A DNA stretch of 64,000 nt from positions 109,858 through 173,857 of the IMG/VR virus record IMGVR_UViG_3300028048_001412; one strand, given 5' to 3'. The notes beneath the pieces were generated by a model. That model was not told where the DNA came from and made no database searches. It worked only from the letters and a program-made list of their open reading frames with translations. The first letter of the stretch is position 1; each line of letters starts with the position of its first letter. The translations under genes were made by a program, and so were the position numbers. The DNA is from a virus (lineage: Duplodnaviria; Heunggongvirae; Uroviricota; Caudoviricetes). Shown piece after piece: positions 18,505 to 28,291 of the stretch.

Positions 18505-18515
18505 GTATAATATAT
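18505..18515 (+). promoter_or_regulatory. GTATAATATAT motif
   Basis: Motif instance upstream of the recA-like gene. Confidence 0.35.
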
Positions 18516-18611
18516 TATAAAACAATAAATATATTTCACAATTCAACAACATTTTAGGCATCATTAAAAATTGAATTGATTTAAAAAATTTGTTTAAAGG
18601 AGAAATTAACA

Positions 18612-19757
18612 ATGGGATTAACAAAAGAAGAAATCGCTAAAAAAATGGCGAAGATGCAAGAGAAGATGGCTAAATCATATGGCGATACTGTAGTTAAAGG
18701 AACTGAAGTTGAAAGAGTATCTTTTTTTCCTAGCGGTATTGCAAGTATAGATAGAGCATTAGGGGGAGGTTGGGCTGTCGGTAGATTATGTTCAATATAT
18801 GGTTATCCATCAGCTGGAAAAACAACTTTCTTATTGCAAAGTATAGCAAATATGCAAAAAATTGATCCAAGAGCTTGTTTATATGCAGATGCAGAAGCAT
18901 CATTGGATTTAGATTATGCTCAAAGATTAGGAGTAGATTTAGATAGACTTATAGTAGTTCAAGCTGATACTGCAGAAAATATGACTACTATTCTTCGTAA
19001 TTATTGTTTAGAAGAATATGAAGAAAAAGGAAAGACTATAAAAAATGATATGTTTGGTTGTATATCATTAGCAGTACTAGATTCTACTAATGCTTTAGTT
19101 CCAGCCGCTGACTATGGAAAAGAAGTTAATAGAACAGGTGGAACAATGGCAGGAACAGCAGGATTATTAAGTAACTGGGTTAAACAAATGTATGGTCCGT
19201 TAAGAAAATCAGGAATGACTCTAATATGTATAGAACAAGTAAGAGATAATGTAGGTGAATTATATGGTCCAAAAATTAAAGTCGGAAACGGTTGGGGTGT
19301 TGCATTTGCCGCTTCACAAAGACTTGAATTAGTTAAAGGCCAAAATATAATGAATAAAGATGATTGGGCTGGACAACATATTAAATTCAAAGTTGTTAAA
19401 AATAAATGTGCAGTTCCTCAAATTAAAGGTGAAACTATTATGTCACCAGGAAGAGGATTTGATGCTGAAGCCGATGAAGCTTACTTCTTACAAGAATCTG
19501 GATTATTTGTAAGACTTAATAATATAAAATGGTCTTATACAACTAATCAAGGAGAAGTAATTGAAATAAAAGGAAAAGATAATATAATACCTACTCTTAA
19601 AGAAAAAGGATTATATGATGAAGCTGTAGCTAATGCAAAAAGATTAACTGTAGAAAGAGCAAATAAAGGTCCTAAAGGTTCAGAAGAATTAGATTATGCT
19701 AATGCTGAAGGAGAAGAAGGTGCTAAAAATGCTCCGGATGAAGAACCAGTAGTATAA
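18612..19757 (+). CDS. RecA/UvsX-like recombinase
   Basis: SIDRALGGGWAVGRLCSIYGYPSAGKTTFLLQ is near-canonical for the RecA N-terminal core and Walker A. Confidence 0.85.
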   Translation: MGLTKEEIAKKMAKMQEKMAKSYGDTVVKGTEVERVSFFPSGIASIDRALGGGWAVGRLCSIYGYPSAGKTTFLLQSIANMQKIDPRACLYADAEASLDLDYAQRLGVDLDRLIVVQADTAENMTTILRNYCLEEYEEKGKTIKNDMFGCISLAVLDSTNALVPAADYGKEVNRTGGTMAGTAGLLSNWVKQMYGPLRKSGMTLICIEQVRDNVGELYGPKIKVGNGWGVAFAASQRLELVKGQNIMNKDDWAGQHIKFKVVKNKCAVPQIKGETIMSPGRGFDAEADEAYFLQESGLFVRLNNIKWSYTTNQGEVIEIKGKDNIIPTLKEKGLYDEAVANAKRLTVERANKGPKGSEELDYANAEGEEGAKNAPDEEPVV

Positions 19758-19885
19758 TTTAAATAATTGAACTATTTGACGGAATAGGTAAAAATAATGA
19801 TTAAAATAATGGGTAAAATTAAATTAATTTAGAGCCGTCACTCTTCATTAATTGATTTTATCCATTTTTTAATAAATGCTAAAAT

Positions 19886-20380
19886 ATGAAAGATTATATA
19901 AAAGAAAAATTATTATCATATTCAAGTAATGAATATATGAAAAAATATATTGAGATATGTGAGTTTTATCAAGAAAAACCTTGTAAAACTAACAAATATA
20001 ATTTTCATCATATATTTCCAGCATTTTTATATAGACAAGAACACAATGCGAAGAATAGAAATAAAATTATAGATGATTTAGATAAAGAATATATTCCAAA
20101 AGATAATATAGTAAAATTACCTAATAAATGGCATTTCATAGTTCATTATTTTCTAGGAAAAGCATTATTAACTAAAGAAGCTATAAATAGTTTTCAAATA
20201 TTTATAGGTGATTTTAATAAAAACATAAATGATTATACATTAGATGAAGTTAAATTATTAGGACAAGAATATGAAGATACCTCTCAACCTAATACATTAA
20301 ATGAATATATGACAAATAAAGAAAAACAGAAATATTATTATCAACAATATAAAGAATATATGAAATCTAAAAAGAAATAG
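19886..20380 (+). CDS. Small HNH-like endonuclease
   Basis: NFHHIFPAFLY ... N...LPNKWH pattern. Confidence 0.35.
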   Translation: MKDYIKEKLLSYSSNEYMKKYIEICEFYQEKPCKTNKYNFHHIFPAFLYRQEHNAKNRNKIIDDLDKEYIPKDNIVKLPNKWHFIVHYFLGKALLTKEAINSFQIFIGDFNKNINDYTLDEVKLLGQEYEDTSQPNTLNEYMTNKEKQKYYYQQYKEYMKSKKK

Positions 20381-20402
20381 TTGATTTATATTTCAAAATA
20401 TA

Positions 20403-20414
20403 GTATAATATAAT
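20403..20414 (+). promoter_or_regulatory. GTATAATATAAT motif
   Basis: Motif instance upstream of queE. Confidence 0.4.
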
Positions 20415-20443
20415 TATAAAATAAATAGGAAGGAAATTAAAAT

Positions 20444-21193
20444 ATGGTAAAAGATGGAAAAATAGCATTAGTTGAAATTTTTAAATCTATTGATGGAGAA
20501 GGTTTTCACTCAGGTCAACCTACTGTTTTCATAAGAACTTTCGGATGCAATCTCCACTGCAGTTTCTGTGATACTTCATATTCTTTAAATGAAGAAGAAT
20601 ATAAGAAAACATATAATAAAGATTTATTATGGATGACAGCTGAAGAAATAGTAAATAAGTGTAATGAATTGGAAAAAGATTTTAAATATAAATCTGTTTG
20701 TTTAACAGGTGGAGAACCTTTAATAGAAGAAAATAAAGATTTTATGTTAAATCATCTTATACCATTATTATTAGATAATAAATATGCAGTGAATATAGAA
20801 ACAAATGGTGCTGTAGATTATAAACCATATAAAGATAAATTCGGAGAACCTGTAATATTAGACCCTTATGGAAATAGATATGGAGTAAGTATTATAGCAG
20901 ATTATAAACTTCCATATTCTAAAATGAATAAATTGATGAAATGGGAAAATTTATCAATTTATAGTGAATATGATTTAATTAAAATGGTAATTAGTGATGA
21001 TCCTGAAGATTGGAAAGAGTTAGAAAAAGTATGTCAATCAGGAACCAAAGCAAAGTTGTATTTAAGTCCTTGTTTTGGAGAAGTGACAATGTCAAAAATA
21101 CCGGAATTTGTAATGAATCATCCAGAATATAATATCACGGCTCAATTGCAAATCCATAAATTCTTCTGGGACAAAGATAAGATAGGAGTGTAA
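20444..21193 (+). CDS. queE: 7-carboxy-7-deazaguanine synthase (radical SAM)
   Basis: IDGEGFHSGQPTVFIRTFGCNLHCSFCDT (CxxxCxxC and the QueE-type N-terminus). Confidence 0.8.
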   Translation: MVKDGKIALVEIFKSIDGEGFHSGQPTVFIRTFGCNLHCSFCDTSYSLNEEEYKKTYNKDLLWMTAEEIVNKCNELEKDFKYKSVCLTGGEPLIEENKDFMLNHLIPLLLDNKYAVNIETNGAVDYKPYKDKFGEPVILDPYGNRYGVSIIADYKLPYSKMNKLMKWENLSIYSEYDLIKMVISDDPEDWKELEKVCQSGTKAKLYLSPCFGEVTMSKIPEFVMNHPEYNITAQLQIHKFFWDKDKIGV

Positions 21194-21197
21194 AGAA

Positions 21198-22085
21198 ATG
21201 ATGAATATAAATCAAGAATTATTAGAATTTATTAAAGACAATTATCAGAAGAAATTCGGAAGTTTAGATACATTTGAAGAAAATTATAAATTATATTGTT
21301 CTTTACCTTCTTTTAAAGCAAGTGAAAATTTTCATGAAGTATTTGGACAATTAAATGTAATAAATTCAGAAGATCCAAATGCTTTAGATAAAGAGAGTGA
21401 ATTTGTAAATAGAGAAGAAAAATTAGGAGATAATACTAAATATACTGATTATTTAGATTGTCAAAAAGAATTAAAACCTGAAATACATTGGATAATGAGA
21501 TCTGTCGCTCAATTCTATATGATAAAAGTATTTGATGCATTAAAAATAGATCAAAAAGATCCAAATATAGCAATAAATGCTTTAGGTAAAGGAACTCCAG
21601 GCAGAATTGTTAAAATGTGGAGTGGCGCTAATCCAGAAGATACATCAGAATTATTATCAGGAAGGTGGAATAAAGAACCTGCGCTATCAGTATTTCCAAA
21701 TGATGGTTCAACTACAGGAGGAGAAATAATCACTACTCCTATTACTAAAGAAGTAGATGTAGTTGCTGTTTGTAGTCACCATTTTCTTCCATTTTCAACA
21801 TTAGAACCAAATGCAAAAGCAATAATTACATATATACCACAAAAGCATTTAATTGGAATATCTAAATTGCAAAGATTTACTAAATGGGCTAGTGCAAGAG
21901 GATGGTTACAAGAAGATTTAACAACTTATTTAGGAACAACAATTAAAAGAATAAGTGAATCTGAAGATGTAAAAGTAGAACTGATCAATTTAGTTCATGG
22001 ATGTGAAAAGTTTAGAGGTGCTTATTCTAAAAATGGTAATTTAACAACTTATTATAAATCAGGAGTGTTCAAAGATGTCAAGTAA
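21198..22085 (+). CDS. folE: GTP cyclohydrolase I with ~100-aa N-terminal extension
   Basis: GTPGRIVKMW, VCSHHFLPF (CEHH zinc motif), TYIPQKHLIGISKLQRF, HGCEKFRG. Confidence 0.85.
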   Translation: MMNINQELLEFIKDNYQKKFGSLDTFEENYKLYCSLPSFKASENFHEVFGQLNVINSEDPNALDKESEFVNREEKLGDNTKYTDYLDCQKELKPEIHWIMRSVAQFYMIKVFDALKIDQKDPNIAINALGKGTPGRIVKMWSGANPEDTSELLSGRWNKEPALSVFPNDGSTTGGEIITTPITKEVDVVAVCSHHFLPFSTLEPNAKAIITYIPQKHLIGISKLQRFTKWASARGWLQEDLTTYLGTTIKRISESEDVKVELINLVHGCEKFRGAYSKNGNLTTYYKSGVFKDVK

Positions 22086-22959
22086 AGAATATTTTTCTAA
22101 AGAGTATCAAAAAGATCTTTATGAATATATGGCTGATAGAACGTGGCTTAAAAAAGGTAAAGAAATGCATTTACCTGAAAAAAAATTAAAACGTAAGTTT
22201 GATATGATAAATTTTGAAAAATATCCTGGTGTAAATGAGGAGAGAATTTGGAATGTTAAAGAAAATACTAAAGAACAATATACTAATCCTAAATTCTTAC
22301 AAAATTATAAAGCTGCAAATAAAGAACAATTAAAATTATTAAAAAAAGCTGATAAAAAAGATATTCTATTATTATCTCTATGTGCAAATAATAAACCTTA
22401 TTCTGATAATGCTACTATAAGATGTGTAAAAAACATTGCTGATAAAAATAATATGGATTATGCTATATTATCAAAAACGGTTTGGTTTATAGAACCTTTT
22501 GATTTTTCAGTTAGACCTCCCGCATTATGTTATAATGAACCTCATGATTGGTTCTATTATAGTATAGCATTTAAGAAATATTGTGATAAAAAGAAATTAA
22601 AAGAAAAATTCGAAGAATTTAATAATAGTTGGTTTCCTGGATTTGAAATGCCTCAATATATGGTAGAAGAAATATCTAAACAATATAAAGCAATAGTGAT
22701 TTTTCATAATGGTGGGGCTAATGAATATTTAAGAAGATTTGGGAGTGAACATTATAAGCCATTTGAACCTAGTTGTCCAGTTTATAATATAGATACTTCT
22801 AAAGAAATATATATGAAAGAATTAAGGCCTATATTTCATTCAGGTGGATTATGCCATCAAAGATATTATACCAGTAAAAAAGCAACTAATGAAATAGCAA
22901 ATATTTGTAAAAATATAAGAAAAGATGTTATTCCTCAAAAAAATCTTATGAATAAGTAA
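22075..22959 (+). CDS. Hypothetical protein embedded in 7-deazaguanine cluster (overlaps folE by 11 nt)
   Basis: 294-aa ORF with no recognisable motif. Translationally coupled to folE. Confidence 0.5.
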   Translation: MSSKEYFSKEYQKDLYEYMADRTWLKKGKEMHLPEKKLKRKFDMINFEKYPGVNEERIWNVKENTKEQYTNPKFLQNYKAANKEQLKLLKKADKKDILLLSLCANNKPYSDNATIRCVKNIADKNNMDYAILSKTVWFIEPFDFSVRPPALCYNEPHDWFYYSIAFKKYCDKKKLKEKFEEFNNSWFPGFEMPQYMVEEISKQYKAIVIFHNGGANEYLRRFGSEHYKPFEPSCPVYNIDTSKEIYMKELRPIFHSGGLCHQRYYTSKKATNEIANICKNIRKDVIPQKNLMNK

Positions 22960-22978
22960 TCAGTAAAGGAGAATATAA

Positions 22979-23668
22979 ATGAAACCAGATCTAAAAATAA
23001 AGAATAGTGATTTTAAATACTTTGAGATAAATCCAGAGAAATATAGTAGAGAATATGTAATGTTATTAGCTCAGGATTATCATAAAAATCCCAATAAAGA
23101 AATTCCAAAAGCTGATTATAAGATGCTGGACAATGGAGCTGCCGAAGGAGAACAACTATCTAATAAAGATTTGATAGAAGTAATTAAATTAGTAAAGCCG
23201 GATGAAATTATATATCCTGATATAATGGGAGATAAAGATGCTACTATAAAATCATCTACTGAATTTTATAATGAATTACCTGATGATTTAAAGAATTCTT
23301 TATCTAAACTAGGTGTAATTCATGGAAAAACATTTAAAGAATTTCAAGAATGTGCTGAATATTATATGGAAAGCGGTAAAATTAAAGTAGATGTAATAGG
23401 AGTTCCTAAATATTCTGTATATTCTTTAAAGAATATGTTTGTTAGAGTTAAATTAGCAAAATGGTTGAATGAGAAATATCCAAATGTAAAAATTCATTTT
23501 TTAGGAATGAATGAACCTTTTTATATTATAAAACAAGCAATAGAAAAAGGAATGATTATAAGAAGTATAGATAGTATTGTTCCTTATCAATGGGAAAAAG
23601 AAAATTCAAGTATTCCATTTGATTATTATTTAAGAGATCCAGATATTTCTTATAATGAATTAAAGTAG
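22979..23668 (+). CDS. Hypothetical protein; weak TGT/DpdA-like (DNA-guanine transglycosylase) resemblance
   Basis: MLDNGAAEG (compare TGT DSGGFQ) and IRSIDSIVPYQW (compare TGT MFDCVLPTR). 229 aa is short for TGT. Genomic context supports the assignment. Confidence 0.3.
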   Translation: MKPDLKIKNSDFKYFEINPEKYSREYVMLLAQDYHKNPNKEIPKADYKMLDNGAAEGEQLSNKDLIEVIKLVKPDEIIYPDIMGDKDATIKSSTEFYNELPDDLKNSLSKLGVIHGKTFKEFQECAEYYMESGKIKVDVIGVPKYSVYSLKNMFVRVKLAKWLNEKYPNVKIHFLGMNEPFYIIKQAIEKGMIIRSIDSIVPYQWEKENSSIPFDYYLRDPDISYNELK

Positions 23669-23676
23669 AAATATAA

Positions 23677-23688
23677 GTATAATATAAT
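23677..23688 (+). promoter_or_regulatory. GTATAATATAAT motif
   Basis: Motif instance upstream of the mazG-like gene. Confidence 0.4.
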
Positions 23689-23719
23689 TAGAGAATATTT
23701 TCAGGAGGTTTTAGTTAAT

Positions 23720-24073
23720 ATGACAATACAAGAATATCAAAAGTATGTAAAAGAAGGTGCTAGTAAAGATTATACTAAAGAATTAGCCATAATTGGAGTT
23801 ATGGGAGAATTAGGTGAGCTTTCAGATGTAGTGAAAAAAGAGGCAATTTTTAAGGATATGTCTAAATTTATAGAAAAATATGGCATGTCAGTAGAAGACA
23901 AAATGACTTCAGAGATAGGTGACATTATGTGGCAAGTATTTAATTTAGCCAATATGTATAATATAGATATGGAAAAAATATTAGAACATAATGTAGAAAA
24001 ATTAAATAAAAGACATGGTGGAGCAGGTAAAACAGCAATTGATGGTGGAATAAGATTAAATCCAAACGAATAA
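23720..24073 (+). CDS. MazG-like nucleoside triphosphate pyrophosphohydrolase
   Basis: ELGELSDVVKKE ... EIGDIMWQVFNLANMYNID. Confidence 0.6.
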   Translation: MTIQEYQKYVKEGASKDYTKELAIIGVMGELGELSDVVKKEAIFKDMSKFIEKYGMSVEDKMTSEIGDIMWQVFNLANMYNIDMEKILEHNVEKLNKRHGGAGKTAIDGGIRLNPNE

Positions 24074-24092
24074 AAATTTAAAGGAGAAAATA

Positions 24093-24539
24093 ATGAGATT
24101 AATTTTAATTGGACCTGATTGTTGTGGGAAATCAACCTTAGCAAAAAAATTATCAAAACAGTTAAATGTTCCTATAATAAAAGGAATAAGAGGTGATTTT
24201 GATCAAATAAATAGACAAAAAGAACCATGTATATTTGATAGAATTCCTAATATAGATGAAAGAATCTATACTAATTCTAAAATAACGGATAAAGATATAG
24301 AACCTTTAAAAGATAATTGTATTGTTCTTTATATAGAAACTCCTTTATCAGTATTAAAAGAAAGATTTGAAATTAGAGGAGATGAAGAAGTTAATTTAGA
24401 TGATATCCAAAGAGTAAAAGAAAATTATGAAAAATGGCTATTTATGGAAAATAGAATAAATTTAATGATGATCACTTATGATTATACTAAAAAAGATATA
24501 GATAGAATAATTGAAGCATTTAATAAATATGGTAAATAA
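24093..24539 (+). CDS. P-loop nucleotide/nucleoside kinase (dNMP kinase or polynucleotide-kinase-like)
   Basis: N-terminal MRLILIGPDCCGKSTLAKKL Walker A. Confidence 0.5.
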   Translation: MRLILIGPDCCGKSTLAKKLSKQLNVPIIKGIRGDFDQINRQKEPCIFDRIPNIDERIYTNSKITDKDIEPLKDNCIVLYIETPLSVLKERFEIRGDEEVNLDDIQRVKENYEKWLFMENRINLMMITYDYTKKDIDRIIEAFNKYGK

Positions 24540-24552
24540 GAGGTGAAAAGAT

Positions 24553-25314
24553 ATGAAAGCAATAGTTAGTCTTTCTGGCGGTAGAGATTCTGCAACTTGT
24601 TTAGGAGTGGCTGTAGAAAAATATGGAAAAGAAAATGTATTTGCTATGGGATTTGAATATGGAAGTACTCACCCACAAGAATTAGAAGCAGCACAAAAAA
24701 TAGCTGATTATTATGGCGTTCCTTATCAAATAGTTAAAATAGATCCAAGTATATTTGAAGGTTCAGGTTGTTCTATGTTAGAATCAGAAGGATTATCTCC
24801 TGAAAAAGGAAAAACATATGAGCAATTACAAGCAGAAAATGAAGGAAAAGTAGCAACTTATGTTCCAGCAAGAAATACATTATTTTCAGCATATGTATTA
24901 GCAAAAGCAGAATCATTAGCCCAAAAATATAATGATGAAGTAACTATTATTTTAGGTCAACACGCAGATGATTCAGGATTTTATGTAGATGAAAATGGAG
25001 TAGAACATTTAGATTATACTAAATCAGCATATCCAGATACTTCAGTAGAATTTGTAGAAGCTTTTGCAAAAGTAGCTGAAATTAGTTCGGTTGGAAAAGT
25101 AAAATATTGGTCACCATTTATAAAGAATCATAAATATGAATTATTACAAATAGGTTCAAAATTAAAGAAACCTGTTCCATATAATTTATGTATATCTTGT
25201 TATAAACCAGAATTAGGTGAAGATGGTAAATATCATGAGTGCGGATTATGTGCAACCTGCTTGGACACTTTGAAAGCATTAAAGAAAGCAGGATTACCAG
25301 AAAAATTAAATTAA
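24553..25314 (+). CDS. queC: 7-cyano-7-deazaguanine (preQ0) synthase
   Basis: PP-loop SLSGGRDS. C-terminal zinc-cluster cysteines (CISC...C, CGLCATC). Confidence 0.8.
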   Translation: MKAIVSLSGGRDSATCLGVAVEKYGKENVFAMGFEYGSTHPQELEAAQKIADYYGVPYQIVKIDPSIFEGSGCSMLESEGLSPEKGKTYEQLQAENEGKVATYVPARNTLFSAYVLAKAESLAQKYNDEVTIILGQHADDSGFYVDENGVEHLDYTKSAYPDTSVEFVEAFAKVAEISSVGKVKYWSPFIKNHKYELLQIGSKLKKPVPYNLCISCYKPELGEDGKYHECGLCATCLDTLKALKKAGLPEKLN

Positions 25315-25337
25315 AATAAAGAAAAGGAATAATTTAT

Positions 25338-26462
25338 TTGAAAATTAATGATAAATACATCTTGAAAATTTTTATTGGAGAGAATCAAAGAGTTAATGGT
25401 TGGAGATGTTCTTATAATTGGATAAATGAAAATCCAGAAATCAAAGAATATCTAGAGACTAGATTTAATTATTTCAATGGAAAATACGGAGATGTAGTTA
25501 GATTAATAAGAGATGGATTTGATGAATGGCCTAAATGTAAAACATGTAATGAATTTTTAAAAGAACCATTTACTCAAGATAAACAACCTTCATATCATAT
25601 TTATTGCAGCAATAAATGTAAGAATATAAATGAAGAAAAGAAACAGAAATCTATAAATACTTGTTTGGAAAAATACGGAACTCCAGTTTCTTCTCAATCC
25701 GAAATAGTTAAAGAAAAAGAGAGAAATACTATAAATTCTAGAACTGAAGAAGAGAAAAATAAAATAACTTCTAGAGCTAGAAAAACTTATATTAAAAAAT
25801 ATGGAGTAAATTGGATTTCAAAATCAAAGGAATTTAAAGATAAATTCAAAGAGACTTGGGATAATAAATCAGAAGAAGAATTACAAGACATAAAAAATAA
25901 AAAAGAAAATACTTGCTTAGAAAAATACGGCGTGAAATATTATTTTGAAACAGAAGAATTTCAAGAAAAATCAAAACAAACTATTCTAGATAAATACGGA
26001 GTAGAGTACACGCATCAATGCAAAGAAATATTAGATAAAGTTAATGAAACTAAACATAAAAATGGAACATTTAATACATCGAGGCCTGAAGAAGAATTTT
26101 ATAAATATCTTTTAAATAATTTTTCGGAAAATGATGTAAAAAGACAATATTATAAAGATTCTAGATATCCATTCAGATGTGATTTCTATATTAAATCTTT
26201 GGATTTATTTATAGAGTTAAATCTTTCTTGGGTTCATGGTGGACATTGGTTTAATAAAAATTCAAAAGAAGATTTAAAAATATTAGATAAATGGAAAAAT
26301 AAAAATACAGATTATTATAATGCGGCTATAAATACATGGACGAAGAGAGATTTATTAAAAAAGAAAACAGCAATAAAAAATAAGATTAATTATCTTGTTT
26401 TCTGGACTGAAAAAGAAATAAATAATTTAATAAAAGGAGAAAATAAATTATGTATAGTTTAA
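25338..26462 (+). CDS. Putative homing endonuclease (family A, ~4 degenerate repeats); TTG start; inserted between queC and queD
   Basis: N-terminus KINDKYILKIF. CKTCNEFL zinc finger. C-terminus RYPFRCDFYIKSLDLFIELNLSWVHGGHWF. Confidence 0.6.
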   Translation: MKINDKYILKIFIGENQRVNGWRCSYNWINENPEIKEYLETRFNYFNGKYGDVVRLIRDGFDEWPKCKTCNEFLKEPFTQDKQPSYHIYCSNKCKNINEEKKQKSINTCLEKYGTPVSSQSEIVKEKERNTINSRTEEEKNKITSRARKTYIKKYGVNWISKSKEFKDKFKETWDNKSEEELQDIKNKKENTCLEKYGVKYYFETEEFQEKSKQTILDKYGVEYTHQCKEILDKVNETKHKNGTFNTSRPEEEFYKYLLNNFSENDVKRQYYKDSRYPFRCDFYIKSLDLFIELNLSWVHGGHWFNKNSKEDLKILDKWKNKNTDYYNAAINTWTKRDLLKKKTAIKNKINYLVFWTEKEINNLIKGENKLCIV

Positions 26463-26878
26463 GAATTAAATTCGAAATTGCCTACGCTCATAGATTAATG
26501 ACTTCCTATTCCGCCAGTTGCAGGGGACTCCACGGACATAACGGAGTGTGTGAAATATTAATAGGAAATGATAAATTAAATGAAGATATGATGGTGGTAG
26601 ATTTCAAAAAAATTAAAGAAATTGTGAAAGAAACTTTAGAAGAAAAATATGATCATTCAACTATTCTTTATAAAGATGATCCATTAGCAGAAGCAGTAAA
26701 ACCTTTCTGTAATCCAGCTAAATTTCATTTATTTGAAAAGAATCCAACAGCTGAATATATGGCTGAAAGATTTACAAATGAATTACAAGAAATATTAGAT
26801 AAAGAGTTACCGGGAACTAAAGTATTATCATTTAGTTTTGAAGAAACATCAAATAATAAAGCAATATTTGAAAGTTAA
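26450..26878 (+). CDS. queD: 6-carboxy-5,6,7,8-tetrahydropterin synthase
   Basis: FEIAYAHRL and CRGLHGHN motifs. Confidence 0.8.
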   Translation: MYSLRIKFEIAYAHRLMTSYSASCRGLHGHNGVCEILIGNDKLNEDMMVVDFKKIKEIVKETLEEKYDHSTILYKDDPLAEAVKPFCNPAKFHLFEKNPTAEYMAERFTNELQEILDKELPGTKVLSFSFEETSNNKAIFES

Positions 26879-26899
26879 GAGAAAAAGGATATAATTATA

Positions 26900-27694
26900 A
26901 TGAGTGAAAATTCAAGATTTGCTCCTTCTGGAAATACTGAAAATTTTGCATTTGTAGAAGAAGTAAAGAAAGCAATAGAAGTATTTACAAGAGAAGGAGC
27001 AAAAACTCCTTCAAAGTTTTTTAAACCATCAATGATGAAATGCCCAAGATCAATGTTTTTTGTAGGAATGGGGTATGAACAAGCTCCAGGAGAAATAAGA
27101 TATAATTGGACTAATTCAGCAGATACAGGTTCAAGAAGACATGAAGGAATACAAGAGACTTTATTAAAAATGACTAAAGATGCTAGATTTAGTTGGGAAT
27201 ATGTAGATGTAGCAAAATATGTAGAAGAAATGCAAAAGAATGGTAAATGTAAAGGTTTAAGAATTGGTGAACAAAAAGGAGCGGAAACTCATTTATATCA
27301 CGATGAATTAAATCTATCATTCTTCTGTGATGGAATTTTAAGAAATAAAAATACAGGTGAATATTATTTATTCGAGTTTAAGAATAAAAAATCAGAAAAG
27401 TTTGTTAAATCAGCAGGTTCATTTCCAATGGAACACTATGATCAATGTGTAATATATTGTACTGTATTAGATTTAGAAAAAGTATTTCTTTTAATGGAAG
27501 ACAGAAATACTTTAGAATTAGCATGTCCGGAATTATTTGTAGTTACTAAAGAAATGAAAGATGCTATGATTAAAAAGATTAAAAATGTATTAAGTTGTAT
27601 GGAAAAGAATAAAGTTCCTGCTAAACCAGCTTTAACTGATTATGAATTAGGATGTTTCTTTTGTCCTTATCAAAGATATTGCGTAGGTTCCTAA
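26900..27694 (+). CDS. Cas4/RecB-like PD-(D/E)xK exonuclease with Fe-S cysteine cluster
   Basis: N-terminal Cys (MMKCPR). FCDGIL...YYLFEFKNKK (D...E.K). C-terminal CFFCPYQRYC. Confidence 0.5.
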   Translation: MSENSRFAPSGNTENFAFVEEVKKAIEVFTREGAKTPSKFFKPSMMKCPRSMFFVGMGYEQAPGEIRYNWTNSADTGSRRHEGIQETLLKMTKDARFSWEYVDVAKYVEEMQKNGKCKGLRIGEQKGAETHLYHDELNLSFFCDGILRNKNTGEYYLFEFKNKKSEKFVKSAGSFPMEHYDQCVIYCTVLDLEKVFLLMEDRNTLELACPELFVVTKEMKDAMIKKIKNVLSCMEKNKVPAKPALTDYELGCFFCPYQRYCVGS

Positions 27695-27703
27695 AATTAG
27701 AAG

Positions 27704-28273
27704 ATGTATAATGAAGGAATTTTAATATCAATAGATCCTGGAGATTTTGGAGCATTAACTGTTTTTAAAGATAGCAAAAGAATTAAAACTATTGATTTTG
27801 ATATTATAGAATACTTAAAAATATTCAAAGAATATAAAAAAGGTGTTATTGCTATAGAAACAGTTAATCCTTTTCCTGGTAGAATAAATCAATTTGGTTC
27901 ATTAAAAGAATCAATAGGTGAAATAAAAGGACTAGCAAAATCTACAGGAGATTTTCTTATTATAAATGAAGGATTAGGACCATCTCAATGGAAAAGACCT
28001 TATGGATTAGTAAAGCCAAAAGATGAAAAATGGAAAGAATATGAAGAAAAAACAAGAACTATAAATAAATGTAAAGAATTATACCCAGATATAGATATTC
28101 CATTTATAAGAACTGTTCATCATAAAGATGGAACTACTACTGATTATTATAAAGATGGTAGGGCTGATAGTTGTATGATAGGTGACTTTGTTTTGAATTA
28201 TTATTCACCTAAACCTTCAAAAAAGTCAAATAAATCAAGTAAAAAATCCAGTAAAAAGAAGAGTAAAAAGTAA
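27704..28273 (+). CDS. RuvC-like Holliday junction resolvase with Lys/Ser-rich tail
   Basis: ILISIDPGDFGALTVF resembles the RuvC motif I. KS-rich C-terminus. Confidence 0.4.
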   Translation: MYNEGILISIDPGDFGALTVFKDSKRIKTIDFDIIEYLKIFKEYKKGVIAIETVNPFPGRINQFGSLKESIGEIKGLAKSTGDFLIINEGLGPSQWKRPYGLVKPKDEKWKEYEEKTRTINKCKELYPDIDIPFIRTVHHKDGTTTDYYKDGRADSCMIGDFVLNYYSPKPSKKSNKSSKKSSKKKSKK

Positions 28274-28291
28274 TATTTTACTAAAATATAA

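Noticed and set aside
19758-19885. Third copy of the TTGAACTA... module (at 19770) seen also at 5543 and 56991
   Set aside because: Only the first 8 nt are shared and the downstream hairpin is absent. Likely chance similarity in AT-rich sequence.
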